Below are positions 39,036-47,728 of a stretch of DNA of 64,000 bases, in pieces. The stretch spans positions 1,056,001 through 1,120,000 of the forward strand of contig CAVYGN010000001.1 of NCBI GenBank assembly GCA_963768055.1, given 5' to 3'. The position numbers and the translations under genes were made by a program. The DNA is from an uncultured Spirochaetota bacterium. GTDB taxonomy: Bacteria; Spirochaetota; Brevinematia; Brevinematales; JAOACQ01. The notes under the pieces were generated by a model, which saw nothing but the letters and a program-made list of their open reading frames with translations, did no database searches and was not told the origin of the DNA. Each line of letters begins with the position of its first letter. The stretch's first letter is position 1.

Positions 39036-39048
39036 CAAGGAGAAACGC

Positions 39049-39987
39049 ATGTTAAGAAAGGGCGGCAGTGCCGGGTGGATCGAATTCAAAAGAAAAAGCG
39101 TTCCATACCTTTTTATAACCCCCTTTTATGCCTCATTTCTTGTTTTTAGCGCCTTTCCCATCCTGTTTTCATTTTTTCTCAGCTTCCAGAAGTGGAATGG
39201 CGTAGGCGCATGGCAATTCGACGGGCTTGGAAACTTTGTAAGCCTTTTTATCGACGGGGAATTCTGGTTTTCTCTTTTAGTAACTTTCTCGATAATGGTC
39301 CTTACAATTCTACCCCTTCATGCTCTTTCGATTTTTTTTGCCTTCCTTCTTAATTCTGCATTCGTTAAATTTAAAACATTTTTTAAAGCAGTCTTTTTTC
39401 TGCCCTTTATAACCTCTTCAGTCGTCCTTGCGGTAATATTCTGGCTTATATTTTCAAACCATGGGATATTGAACAGGATTATCGAAAGATATTTCGAATT
39501 TTTTATTTTATTGATGAACATCAAGGTCCCCATTTTATGGCTTTATGATTTATTATTTCCCGTCACTGTCAGTGTTATCATGATCTGGAAACTTATCGGC
39601 TGGAACACGATATTGTATTTTGCCGCTCTGCAGGGCATCCCGAAGCCGCTTTACGAAGCCGCGAGGGTGGACGGGGCCTCATGGCCCCAGATATTTTATC
39701 GGATAACGCTGCCCCTTTTGCGGCCTATGATATATTTCGCAGTTACAATGTCGGTAATAACCCTGATGCAGCTTTTTGACGAACCGGCGGTTCTTGTCGG
39801 CACTAATAATCTGTCCTGGGTCAGGGCGGTTACAATGGTAATCTACCTGTATAAACAGGCCTTTATCCATATGAATTTCGGCATGGCGGCAGCGACGTCA
39901 TACGTCATATTTATCATAATATTCCTTCTTTCACGCCTTCTAAGGGCCGTATTTTATGAAGGGCTTGCAGGCGAGGCGCTGAAATGA
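39049..39987 (+). CDS. Carbohydrate ABC transporter permease 1
   Basis: ALQGIPK-LYEAARVDGA (EAA motif); AGGAG RBS. Confidence 0.92.
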   Translation: MLRKGGSAGWIEFKRKSVPYLFITPFYASFLVFSAFPILFSFFLSFQKWNGVGAWQFDGLGNFVSLFIDGEFWFSLLVTFSIMVLTILPLHALSIFFAFLLNSAFVKFKTFFKAVFFLPFITSSVVLAVIFWLIFSNHGILNRIIERYFEFFILLMNIKVPILWLYDLLFPVTVSVIMIWKLIGWNTILYFAALQGIPKPLYEAARVDGASWPQIFYRITLPLLRPMIYFAVTMSVITLMQLFDEPAVLVGTNNLSWVRAVTMVIYLYKQAFIHMNFGMAAATSYVIFIIIFLLSRLLRAVFYEGLAGEALK

Positions 39988-40865
39988 CGGATGTGAAGAG
40001 GAGGAATTCGTTCTTTTATTATTTAAATTCTATTTTTCTTTTTTTTAAAAGGATTCTTATTAATACTGGAATTTACATGCCTTTAATAATCCTTGCCGCG
40101 GCGATGGTGTTTCCATTCATTTATATGTTCATCGCATCGACTAAAAACAGCCACCAGATTTATTTTCACCCGGATAAGCTAAGTCTGGGGCGCGACTGGG
40201 TGGATAATATAAAGGCAAATTACCTTATCCTCATTTATTCCACTCCCTTTTGGGGAAGTTTGTTAAACAGCCTTTATATAGGCCTGATGAGCACTTTTTT
40301 TACTCTTTTAGGCTCATCTCTGGGCGGCTACGGCTTCGCGGTATACCGTTTCAGGGGTAAAGAACTGTTGTTCAACATCATGCTCATTACCCTTATGATT
40401 CCGCCTACGGTAAGCGTGATCCCGCTGTTTTCGATGATGAAAGCCTTCGGATGGTTCAGCAAGGCGAGGGCATTATACCTCCCGACCCTTGCCAGCGCTT
40501 ACGGTGTATTCATGTTACGCAAATACCTTGAAAGTTCGATGTCCAGGGACCTGATCGACTCTGCCAGGATCGACGGGTGTTCCGAATTTACAATTTATTT
40601 CAGAATAATTATGCCCCTGGCCAGGCCGATACTGGGAGCCCTGGGGATTATTACTTTTATAACAAGCTGGGGGGCGTTTTTTCTGCCCCTGCTGCTTATG
40701 CGTGAAACCGGCTCCTGGACAATTCCCGTATTGATGACAAGGGTTCCACCGGGTTCGTCGCTTTTGGCCGGATCGATTACCACCATACCTGTCTGCATAA
40801 TATTTTTAATATTGTCGAAATGGATCATTTCAGGCATAACCGAAGGGTCGCTCAGGGAATTATAG
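39984..40865 (+). CDS. Carbohydrate ABC transporter permease 2
   Basis: LIDSARIDGC, Y-FRGK motif, ATGA overlap. Confidence 0.9.
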   Translation: MTDVKRRNSFFYYLNSIFLFFKRILINTGIYMPLIILAAAMVFPFIYMFIASTKNSHQIYFHPDKLSLGRDWVDNIKANYLILIYSTPFWGSLLNSLYIGLMSTFFTLLGSSLGGYGFAVYRFRGKELLFNIMLITLMIPPTVSVIPLFSMMKAFGWFSKARALYLPTLASAYGVFMLRKYLESSMSRDLIDSARIDGCSEFTIYFRIIMPLARPILGALGIITFITSWGAFFLPLLLMRETGSWTIPVLMTRVPPGSSLLAGSITTIPVCIIFLILSKWIISGITEGSLREL

Positions 40866-40866
40866 C

Positions 40867-42693
40867 ATGATAAACGAATTAAATAAATATTTCAGGTCTG
40901 CAGCTTTATTTTTTTCATTATTTCTTGTTACCCGGATCATGGTTTACGGGCAGGAAACCCCGGATGAAAAGGCGGGGGAACTTCTTTCAAAAATGTCGCT
41001 GGATGAAAAGATAGGCCAGATGACCCTTATCGAACAAGCTTATCTAAAAAGTCCGAATGATATAAAAAACTATCTTCTTGGAGGGCTTCTTTCGGGCGGC
41101 GAGCATACAAGGCTGGAAAAATACCTGTCCTCCGATTGGGCTGCTATGATCGATTCCTTCCAAAAGATCGCGCTTCAAACCAGGCTTAAAATACCTGTTT
41201 TCTACGGGATTGATGCCGTTCATGGAAACGGAGGGGTTCGAAACTCTGTCATTTTTCCCCATAATATCGGCATGGGCTGCACCCGGGATCCCGTACTGGT
41301 TGAACAAATGGCCCGGGCAACCGCCCTGGAAACATACGCCTGCGGAGTTAACTGGGTTTTTGCTCCATGCCTGGCTGTTTCAAGGAATATAAGGTGGGGG
41401 AGGGCATATGAAAGTTATTCTGAAAACCCCGATGTTGTAAGCGTCATGGGGGAAGAGGAGGTCAGGGGGTTACAGAGCAGTCTCAGGGGCGGCAGATTTT
41501 CAATATCTGCGGCCGCAAAACACTATGCCGGCGACGGAGGCACGGGCGATTCCCTCTGGCAGAACATGTGGGGAATCGACCGCGGCAATACGGTTATGCC
41601 TGAAAATAAATTCAGGGCTGTCCACCTGAAGCCCTATTTTTCGGCTGTCGATGCCGGTGCAAGAAGCGTGATGGTTTCTTTTTCAAGCTGGAACGGGATA
41701 AAAATGTCCGCGAACCGTTATCTTATAACCGGCGTCCTGAAGGGAGAAATGCATTTCGGGGGTTTTGTCGTTTCGGACTGGGGCGCCCTGAACCAGCTTT
41801 CCGGTGATTACATGAGTCAGATCGAGACAGCCGTCAACGCGGGCATCGACATGATCATGGTGCCCGATAATTACCATGATTTTGAATATAACCTCAAGGA
41901 GCTTGTCGGTGAATGGAAAATCCCCATGTCGAGGATTGACGACGCGGTAAGGAGGATACTGAGGGTAAAATATGAAATGGGACTTTTCTCTTATCCGTTC
42001 AGCGATCCGTCATTGATAAAAGAAGCGGGGGCGGAAGAACACAGGCGGCTTGCCCGTCGTTGCGTCAGGGAATCCGCTGTCCTGCTCAAAAACAAGGCTT
42101 TCCTGCCTCTGAATAAAAAAATAAAAAGGATATTTGTCTGCGGGAAGAATTCCGACAACCTCGGTTACCAGTGCGGCGGCTGGTCCATCAAATGGCAGGG
42201 TTTCGACGGGAATGATGCGACAAAGGGGACGACTGTCCTGCAGGCGATCAGGGAAACCGTATCGCCCGGGACCGAAATTATATATTCTATGAATGGAAGC
42301 GGCCTGGATAATTCGGGAGCCGATGCCGCCGTAGTAGTGCTGGGTGAAAAACCCTACGCCGAATTCATGGGCGACCGTTTCGACCTTTCCCTGGATGAAA
42401 GCGATTATGAAGTTATAGAAACAATTAAGAAATCTAAAGTACCCAAACTGCTTGTTATAATTTCAGGCAGACCTGTAATGATCTCCGATATTATCGATGA
42501 TTTCGACGCTGTTATTGCGGCATGGCTCCCGGGTTCAGAAGGCGAGGGTTGGGCGGATATTATTTTCGGGGATTATAAACCTACCGGTCGCCTTTCGTTT
42601 TCATGGCCGAAGAACATGGCGCAGGTGACGATGGATAAAAACCGCAAGGATTACAATCCGCTCTTTCCCTTCGGTTTCGGACTGGGGTATTAG
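40867..42693 (+). CDS. GH3 beta-glucosidase / glucan exohydrolase, exported
   Basis: DAVHG, RWGRAYESYSE, KHYAGDG, VVSDW nucleophile, PFGFGL; signal peptide. Confidence 0.94.
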   Translation: MINELNKYFRSAALFFSLFLVTRIMVYGQETPDEKAGELLSKMSLDEKIGQMTLIEQAYLKSPNDIKNYLLGGLLSGGEHTRLEKYLSSDWAAMIDSFQKIALQTRLKIPVFYGIDAVHGNGGVRNSVIFPHNIGMGCTRDPVLVEQMARATALETYACGVNWVFAPCLAVSRNIRWGRAYESYSENPDVVSVMGEEEVRGLQSSLRGGRFSISAAAKHYAGDGGTGDSLWQNMWGIDRGNTVMPENKFRAVHLKPYFSAVDAGARSVMVSFSSWNGIKMSANRYLITGVLKGEMHFGGFVVSDWGALNQLSGDYMSQIETAVNAGIDMIMVPDNYHDFEYNLKELVGEWKIPMSRIDDAVRRILRVKYEMGLFSYPFSDPSLIKEAGAEEHRRLARRCVRESAVLLKNKAFLPLNKKIKRIFVCGKNSDNLGYQCGGWSIKWQGFDGNDATKGTTVLQAIRETVSPGTEIIYSMNGSGLDNSGADAAVVVLGEKPYAEFMGDRFDLSLDESDYEVIETIKKSKVPKLLVIISGRPVMISDIIDDFDAVIAAWLPGSEGEGWADIIFGDYKPTGRLSFSWPKNMAQVTMDKNRKDYNPLFPFGFGLGY

Positions 42694-42733
42694 ACTTCAC
42701 GATATACTTAAGTAAACTAGAAATGGGGCGACG

Positions 42734-42764
42734 GAACCACAGATTGCACAGATAACGCTGATTT
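42734..42764. repeat. Left arm of CACAGAT-type tandem repeat
   Basis: GAACCACAGATT-GCACAGATA-ACGCTGATT. Confidence 0.75.
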
Positions 42765-42778
42765 TTTAAAAAAATTTC

Positions 42779-43447
42779 TCAAATATTTTCTTCAAACGAA
42801 ATGATAGACATTTCAAAGGCAGTATAAAATTTATTCAACTTTTTTCTTGCTTCTTCGATTGTTAATATTTCAAACTGGACATCATTTATAATGGGATTGA
42901 GATATTCTTTCCGATAATCGATGATCGGTTGAAAATTCAAACCTAATGCGTTAATATCATCCAAAATTAATTGCTGATTTTTTAAATCTTTTTTCCTATT
43001 AGGAAGAAAATTATGCTGTTTAAAATCGTATTCGAGAAAATCAAAGGGATTGTAATCAAATTTATCAGGTTTAATGATGCCATGTAAAATTTTATCTCTT
43101 TTTCGTTTGATGTTTACATCGGTATGTACTACAAAAAAGTTTCCCCAATCCCAGCCATTATCTTTTTTTAATTTGGGGTCAAAATGATCCAATTGGCCCA
43201 TGAATTCAAATTTTATAAATTTTCCGTTTGTCCATTTATCAGGAGAAACGTTTTCTGCGTTTATAAGATACATCTCCGTATAGGCGCAAAGCCCTTTCTG
43301 TACCCATAATAGATTGGCAACTATGTCATAGTAGTATTTATTATTTGAAGAAGTGTATTCAGGGTGATTTTTCCCTGACTTGTCAAGTCTGTCAAGCCAC
43401 CTTTTATAAGCAAAAGCAAGATTCAAGTCTTTTTCAATTTTTCTCAT
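42779..43447 (-). CDS. HNH-like endonuclease, Septu PtuB-like
   Basis: Q-GLCAYTE, LDHFDPK, DW-NF, N--K, LGLN; start overlaps the end of the ATPase. Confidence 0.72.
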   Translation of the reverse strand: MRKIEKDLNLAFAYKRWLDRLDKSGKNHPEYTSSNNKYYYDIVANLLWVQKGLCAYTEMYLINAENVSPDKWTNGKFIKFEFMGQLDHFDPKLKKDNGWDWGNFFVVHTDVNIKRKRDKILHGIIKPDKFDYNPFDFLEYDFKQHNFLPNRKKDLKNQQLILDDINALGLNFQPIIDYRKEYLNPIINDVQFEILTIEEARKKLNKFYTAFEMSIISFEENI

Positions 43448-44792
43448 AATCATCCATTGGAATATCCCAAAACAACTTTTCCGCAAGTTTCTTAAATTTC
43501 TGATAAGTATCCTTAGCTTCTTTAGTATCCATTTGTTTTTTTCCTTTAAAATCATTCAGTTGATTTCTTAACATTAAAACCTCAGTAATCTTTTCTGAAC
43601 GTTTATATGAATAAGTTTCAGGTAAATCGAATACTTTTTTAAGTATCAAATCGTATGTTAAATAGGAAGGAATAATCGAATAATTATCAACATGTCTTTC
43701 TTTTTCTTCAGGGTAATACAATTCCTGAACTACTTCACCTTTTTTGTTAAATTTTAATTCCACAATTTCCCATGGCTCAAAACTTGAAGCGATGATAGGA
43801 GAATGTGTTGCGAAAAAGAATTGTGAATTTTTAGTTAGATTAACATAAAAATCGATAATGAATTTTTGAATGTCGGGATATAAGGACCTCTCAGGTTCAT
43901 CGTATAATATAAGGGAATCTTCAGGCTTCAATAAATATAAGGGCATGGCGCTGAAAATGACCTGTTTGGTACCTGTACTTAACAGATTTTGGGAAATCGA
44001 ATTGCCGTTAAAATCTTCAATTTTTATAAAACCCAGATCGTCTTTTTTTTGGAAGTCTAACTCTCTTTTTACTCTTAGGTTAAAATTTTTAAGTAGTGGG
44101 TCTAGGCATTTGTCCGCCAAATCAGTCAATGGATTAAATTCATTTTTTAACCATGAATCCAATTTTTTAACAGCTCTGGTTATCGCCGAAATATTGTTTT
44201 TTGCTTCCGCTATTTTCGAAATTTTCTGCCTTAATTTCAACTCAGTTTCCTGATGTTCTTGAATTTTCGATAAAACAATTTTCCAGACGTCCCCTAAATT
44301 ATAATCACTAAAATCAATGATCCTTTCTGTAATCAGATTTATTTCTTTTGTGTTCATTTCGTCATAATGTAATTCAGCAGGAAAATAAATAAATTGATTT
44401 TTAATTTCACTTTGGTATTTTATAAATTTATCAAATGCAGGTTTGAATTCGATTGGTTTCCCATCCTCATATTCATTGACCCAATAAGTTATGTTTTTAT
44501 TTTCTTTTTCATCAAAACCCACACGAACAACCATTTCCAAATCTTTTTCTTTTCTCGTAATATAAACATTTTTAAAATCATCAAATTTATATTCTTTGAA
44601 CAAATTTGTTATATTATAAGTATTTCCTCCAATAATCTTTAAAAGTGTTGTTTTACCTGTGCCGCTTTGCCCAATGAAACATACTTTTTCCAGAGGCTCG
44701 CCTTCTTTCTTATGTCCTTTTGGATATGTCAAATCGATTTCCAAATCCTTGAATTGATGAAAATCATTTAAACTGATTTTTGTTATTTTCAT
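43434..44792 (-). CDS. ABC/AAA_21-type ATPase, Septu PtuA-like
   Basis: GQSGTGKT, LSTG-KQ, DEPE-SL-P, ATHSP. Confidence 0.85.
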   Translation of the reverse strand: MKITKISLNDFHQFKDLEIDLTYPKGHKKEGEPLEKVCFIGQSGTGKTTLLKIIGGNTYNITNLFKEYKFDDFKNVYITRKEKDLEMVVRVGFDEKENKNITYWVNEYEDGKPIEFKPAFDKFIKYQSEIKNQFIYFPAELHYDEMNTKEINLITERIIDFSDYNLGDVWKIVLSKIQEHQETELKLRQKISKIAEAKNNISAITRAVKKLDSWLKNEFNPLTDLADKCLDPLLKNFNLRVKRELDFQKKDDLGFIKIEDFNGNSISQNLLSTGTKQVIFSAMPLYLLKPEDSLILYDEPERSLYPDIQKFIIDFYVNLTKNSQFFFATHSPIIASSFEPWEIVELKFNKKGEVVQELYYPEEKERHVDNYSIIPSYLTYDLILKKVFDLPETYSYKRSEKITEVLMLRNQLNDFKGKKQMDTKEAKDTYQKFKKLAEKLFWDIPMDDYEKN

Positions 44793-44893
44793 ATATTAAA
44801 CCTTTTAACTTTACTGAAAAAATTATAATTCTTTATTTAAAATACCGCAAAGAAATAATAGTAAAATGAAAAATTGATTTCACTGAAAATGTT

Positions 44894-44930
44894 AATCAGA
44901 TCTGTGTTCATCTGTGTGAATCTGTGGTTC
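44894..44930. repeat. Right arm of CACAGAT-type tandem repeat (inverted)
   Basis: Reverse complement reads GAACCACAGATT-CACACAGATG-AACACAGAT-CTGATT. Confidence 0.75.
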
Positions 44931-44950
44931 ATTTCCTTTGAATTGTAATA

Positions 44951-45340
44951 TCAAAAGAATATTTTTTTAACCAGCGGGATAAGTAAAAAAATGACTCCTA
45001 TTATAACAGCATTTATCGCTGCAAGAAGCACGGCCCCGGCTGAAATATCCTTGATAACTCCTATCTTTTTGCTATGCTTCCCCCCGCCGGATTCGTCGCA
45101 GAGCTTTTCGAGCGCGGTATTGAACAATTCGCAGGCAAGAACGAAAAATATGGATATTATTATCAATCCCCATTCCAGGGGTTTTATCATAAGATAAAAA
45201 CCGGCTATAAGAACGGGTATGATAATAATGAGATGGAAACGGAAATTTTGCTCGAGCTTCGCTGTTATAAAGATCCCTTTAAAAGCGAAAACGAAACTGG
45301 ATCCTAATTTTTTGAAGTTAATAATACTTTTCATAATCAT
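44951..45340 (-). CDS. dgkA: Diacylglycerol/undecaprenol kinase family protein
   Basis: EQNFRFH, ELFNTALE-LCD, KDISAGAV; upstream part of the ORF-track call overlaps tRNA and is excluded. Confidence 0.88.
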   Translation of the reverse strand: MIMKSIINFKKLGSSFVFAFKGIFITAKLEQNFRFHLIIIIPVLIAGFYLMIKPLEWGLIIISIFFVLACELFNTALEKLCDESGGGKHSKKIGVIKDISAGAVLLAAINAVIIGVIFLLIPLVKKIFF

Positions 45341-45349
45341 GGTACGGAA

Positions 45350-45379
45350 ACTCCCGCTCATCGCAGGACGGGCGGGAGT
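45350..45379 (-). terminator. Hairpin downstream of the tRNA operon
   Basis: ACTCCCGC...GCGGGAGT stem, followed by TT on the minus strand. Confidence 0.5.
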
Positions 45380-45391
45380 AAGCCTAAAATT

Positions 45392-45465
45392 CGGGGTTGA
45401 CGGGACTTGAACCCGCGGCACCTGACGTGACAGGCCAGTACTCTAACCAACTGAGCTACAACCCC
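45392..45465 (-). tRNA. tRNA-Asp(GTC)
   Basis: GGGGTTGTAGCTCAGTTGG...CTGGC-CT-GTC-AC-GTCAG...GGTTCAAGTCC; CCA not encoded. Confidence 0.96.
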
Positions 45466-45475
45466 TTGTTACTTT

Positions 45476-45549
45476 TAGCGGGAGGGGGAGTTGAACCCTC
45501 GACACGCGGATTATGATTCCGCTGCTCTGACCAGCTGAGCTATCCCGCC
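45476..45549 (-). tRNA. tRNA-Met(CAT), elongator type (Ile2 not excluded)
   Basis: GGCGGGATAGCTCAGCTGG...GCGGA-AT-CAT-AA-TCCGC...GGTTCAACTCC. Confidence 0.92.
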
Positions 45550-45559
45550 ACAAAAAAAT

Positions 45560-45633
<74 letters not shown>

Positions 45634-45641
45634 ACGTTGTT

Positions 45642-45677
45642 CCTTCCAGGACCTTGCCCTTCCAGGACCTTGCCCTT
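45642..45677. repeat. Short tandem duplication in the tRNA leader
   Basis: CCTTCCAGGACCTTGC twice, followed by CCTT. Confidence 0.8.
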
Positions 45678-45688
45678 AAAGGGACATA

Positions 45689-45717
45689 ATTATATTTTAA
45701 AACCCCCGATCTGTCAA
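45689..45717 (-). promoter_or_regulatory. Consensus sigma70 promoter of the tRNA operon
   Basis: TTGACA-N17-TATAAT on the minus strand. Confidence 0.85.
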
Positions 45718-45726
45718 ATTTCAATC

Positions 45727-45834
45727 CCGGTCGTCAGTCTCGTCAGTCAAAAGTCGGCAGTCGATAGTCAACAGTATAATCAACACAAAAGTTATAGTAC
45801 GACTTTCGACTTCTGACTGTTGACTATCGACCGG
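45727..45834. repeat. Inverted heptamer (AGTCnnn) tandem-repeat element
   Basis: AGTCAAA-AGTCGGC-AGTCGAT-AGTCAAC facing GACTTTC-GACTTCT-GACTGTT-GACTATC; CCGG at both ends. Confidence 0.8.
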
Positions 45835-46560
45835 TTACTTCAGGCCTTTCTTGAGCTGTATGAATTTGCCTTTCATCCTTTTAAATATATTTTTAATGAC
45901 AAGGCAGTCGTAATCGTCTAAATTTGCCCTGATAAGTATTTTATTTATATAATTTTTTAAACGCCAGGATGGAACGCTTTTAAAAAAATCCATAGCTTCA
46001 AAGGCCGAAATGATGGTTATCATCATATTCTCGTAATTTTCTCGTGCAGCGGTATTTGAGGGACCTGTATTGCCGGTTTCATTTGAATGCCCGGTCCTGT
46101 ATATATCGTAAAGCGTGATCATGACTGCCTGCGCCAGGTTTATGGAAGGAAATGAGCCGGAGGATGGAATTGAGCATATCAGGTCGCAGTCTCTGATCTC
46201 CTCGTTTGTGAGGCCGTATTTTTCCCTTCCGAAAACGAGGCTAACCCTTTTTTCACTGTAATTTATCAGGTATTTTGAGAAATCCTCCAGGACGAAGTCC
46301 CTTCTTCTCCATTTTCCTACACGCCTTGTTATCGCGGCGGAAAGGTCTGTCTCCATGAGGGCCTCTTTAAGGCTTGAAAATACCCTGGCGTTTTTTAGAA
46401 TTTCCGATGCATGGACCGCGTAATTTATCGCGTTCGGAGAAAGATGGTCAGCTCGGGGGTTGATAAGTGCAAGCTCGGATATTCCCATGTTTTTCATGGC
46501 CCTTGAGACCGCCCCGATATTTTCTTCACCCTCCGTTTCAACCAAAACAACGGTTATCAA
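45835..46560 (-). CDS. trmJ: TrmJ/LasT family SPOUT RNA methyltransferase
   Basis: NIGAVSRAMKNMG, FGREKYGL, SINLAQAV. Confidence 0.9.
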   Translation of the reverse strand: MITVVLVETEGEENIGAVSRAMKNMGISELALINPRADHLSPNAINYAVHASEILKNARVFSSLKEALMETDLSAAITRRVGKWRRRDFVLEDFSKYLINYSEKRVSLVFGREKYGLTNEEIRDCDLICSIPSSGSFPSINLAQAVMITLYDIYRTGHSNETGNTGPSNTAARENYENMMITIISAFEAMDFFKSVPSWRLKNYINKILIRANLDDYDCLVIKNIFKRMKGKFIQLKKGLK

Positions 46561-47474
46561 TGAACTGCTGCCTCAATAAGCATTTTAGAGGCTGTTTCTG
46601 GATCCGCGTAAAATACCATGTGTCCTGTATTCGTCAGCAATGTGACCTTTACGTCAGGCAGTACCTTTTCAAGTTTGCGGATGCCCTCTTTGAGATTGTC
46701 CTTATCGCCCTGCAGGATCCGGACAGGAATTTTAATCTCTTTATATTTCCTGCTCTGCATGCCTAGTTCTTTATTAAAAGTATCGAGAGAAAGCCCGAAA
46801 GATCTTAAAGCTCCCGGATCGGTGAGAATAATCCTGTATCTGTCTATAAATCCTGGAGGGATTGAATTTGTGTTTGGTCCGAAAGCATCGTATAAGCCTT
46901 TTTCGACCATGCCGGGCGCCAATGTCATTGAGAAAAGCACCGAAAAGCCCTTGCCTATGAGCGGCAGTTTAAATATACCCATCGATTTATACCTGGTATT
47001 GACAGGATATGACGCGGAAGCGAAAAGGACAAGGCTCTTTATACGCGAAGGGTGGTCTATGGCCTCTTTAAGGGCGACTGCGCCGCCGTATGAATGACCG
47101 CAAAGGACGATATTGGAAAGATTCATCGTTTCAATAAATTCATTTAGAGTTTTCGCGTTTAGTGCAATTGTGGGCCTTTCATTTGGGATTGAACTGCCGC
47201 CGGATCCTATCCGGTCTATTCTTACGACTGTCAATGTATTTGTAAGATAAGGGACAAGAACATCCCACATGTCGAGTGTGCCTGGAGCTCCATGGAGTAA
47301 AAGGACGACCGGGCCTCTGCCTTCCATCTTATACCTGATTGAATATTTTCCAATTGAAACGGTTTCTCCTCCTAACTCTTTCGGAAAATTCCTTTTATAT
47401 GTCACCCCGGCAACACAGAGCAGGACTATAACGGCCGCTATTGCTGCGGCAAAAAATAATAACCCTTTTTTCAT
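46557..47474 (-). CDS. Alpha/beta hydrolase with N-terminal anchor
   Basis: LLHG, GHSYGG nucleophile elbow, GDKD, GH. Confidence 0.9.
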   Translation of the reverse strand: MKKGLLFFAAAIAAVIVLLCVAGVTYKRNFPKELGGETVSIGKYSIRYKMEGRGPVVLLLHGAPGTLDMWDVLVPYLTNTLTVVRIDRIGSGGSSIPNERPTIALNAKTLNEFIETMNLSNIVLCGHSYGGAVALKEAIDHPSRIKSLVLFASASYPVNTRYKSMGIFKLPLIGKGFSVLFSMTLAPGMVEKGLYDAFGPNTNSIPPGFIDRYRIILTDPGALRSFGLSLDTFNKELGMQSRKYKEIKIPVRILQGDKDNLKEGIRKLEKVLPDVKVTLLTNTGHMVFYADPETASKMLIEAAVH

Positions 47475-47728
47475 GATTCCTCCGTTATTATTTCAAATCT
47501 GTAATTTTATATATGCTGATTTATTATGTCAAAAATAGTGGAACAAATTTACTTTTTTCCTCCAATCCATTTTCGGATTGATAGGTGTTGCACTTCGTGT
47601 TTGAACTTTCATGCACTGCAGGAGTCTGAAATAAAGCGCGGTGTTTTTTAGAAATGACATTGAATTTTGATTTAACGGTATTGTTTGATTATAATAATAA
47701 TTCTTTTAAACCGTGGAGGGATTTTTTT

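Noticed and set aside
43448..43555. N-terminal extension of the HNH ORF (LRILIRNLRNLRK)
   Set aside because: It is an alternate-frame read-through of the ATPase 3' end; a coupled ATG at 43447-43453 is more plausible.
44793..44950. Retron msr/msd RNA upstream of the Septu-like genes
   Set aside because: No reverse transcriptase in the window; the region is AT-rich promoter-like DNA plus the repeat arm.
42694..45465. tRNA-Asp-targeted integrative island carrying the ATPase/HNH pair
   Set aside because: No integrase and no duplicated tRNA 3' end found; dgkA lies between the tRNA and the cassette.
45727..45834. CRISPR array
   Set aside because: Units are 7 nt and inverted, with no unique spacers and no cas genes.
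47475..47728. T-box riboswitch ahead of ileS
   Set aside because: No GGTGGnACC T-box motif or terminator/antiterminator pair seen.
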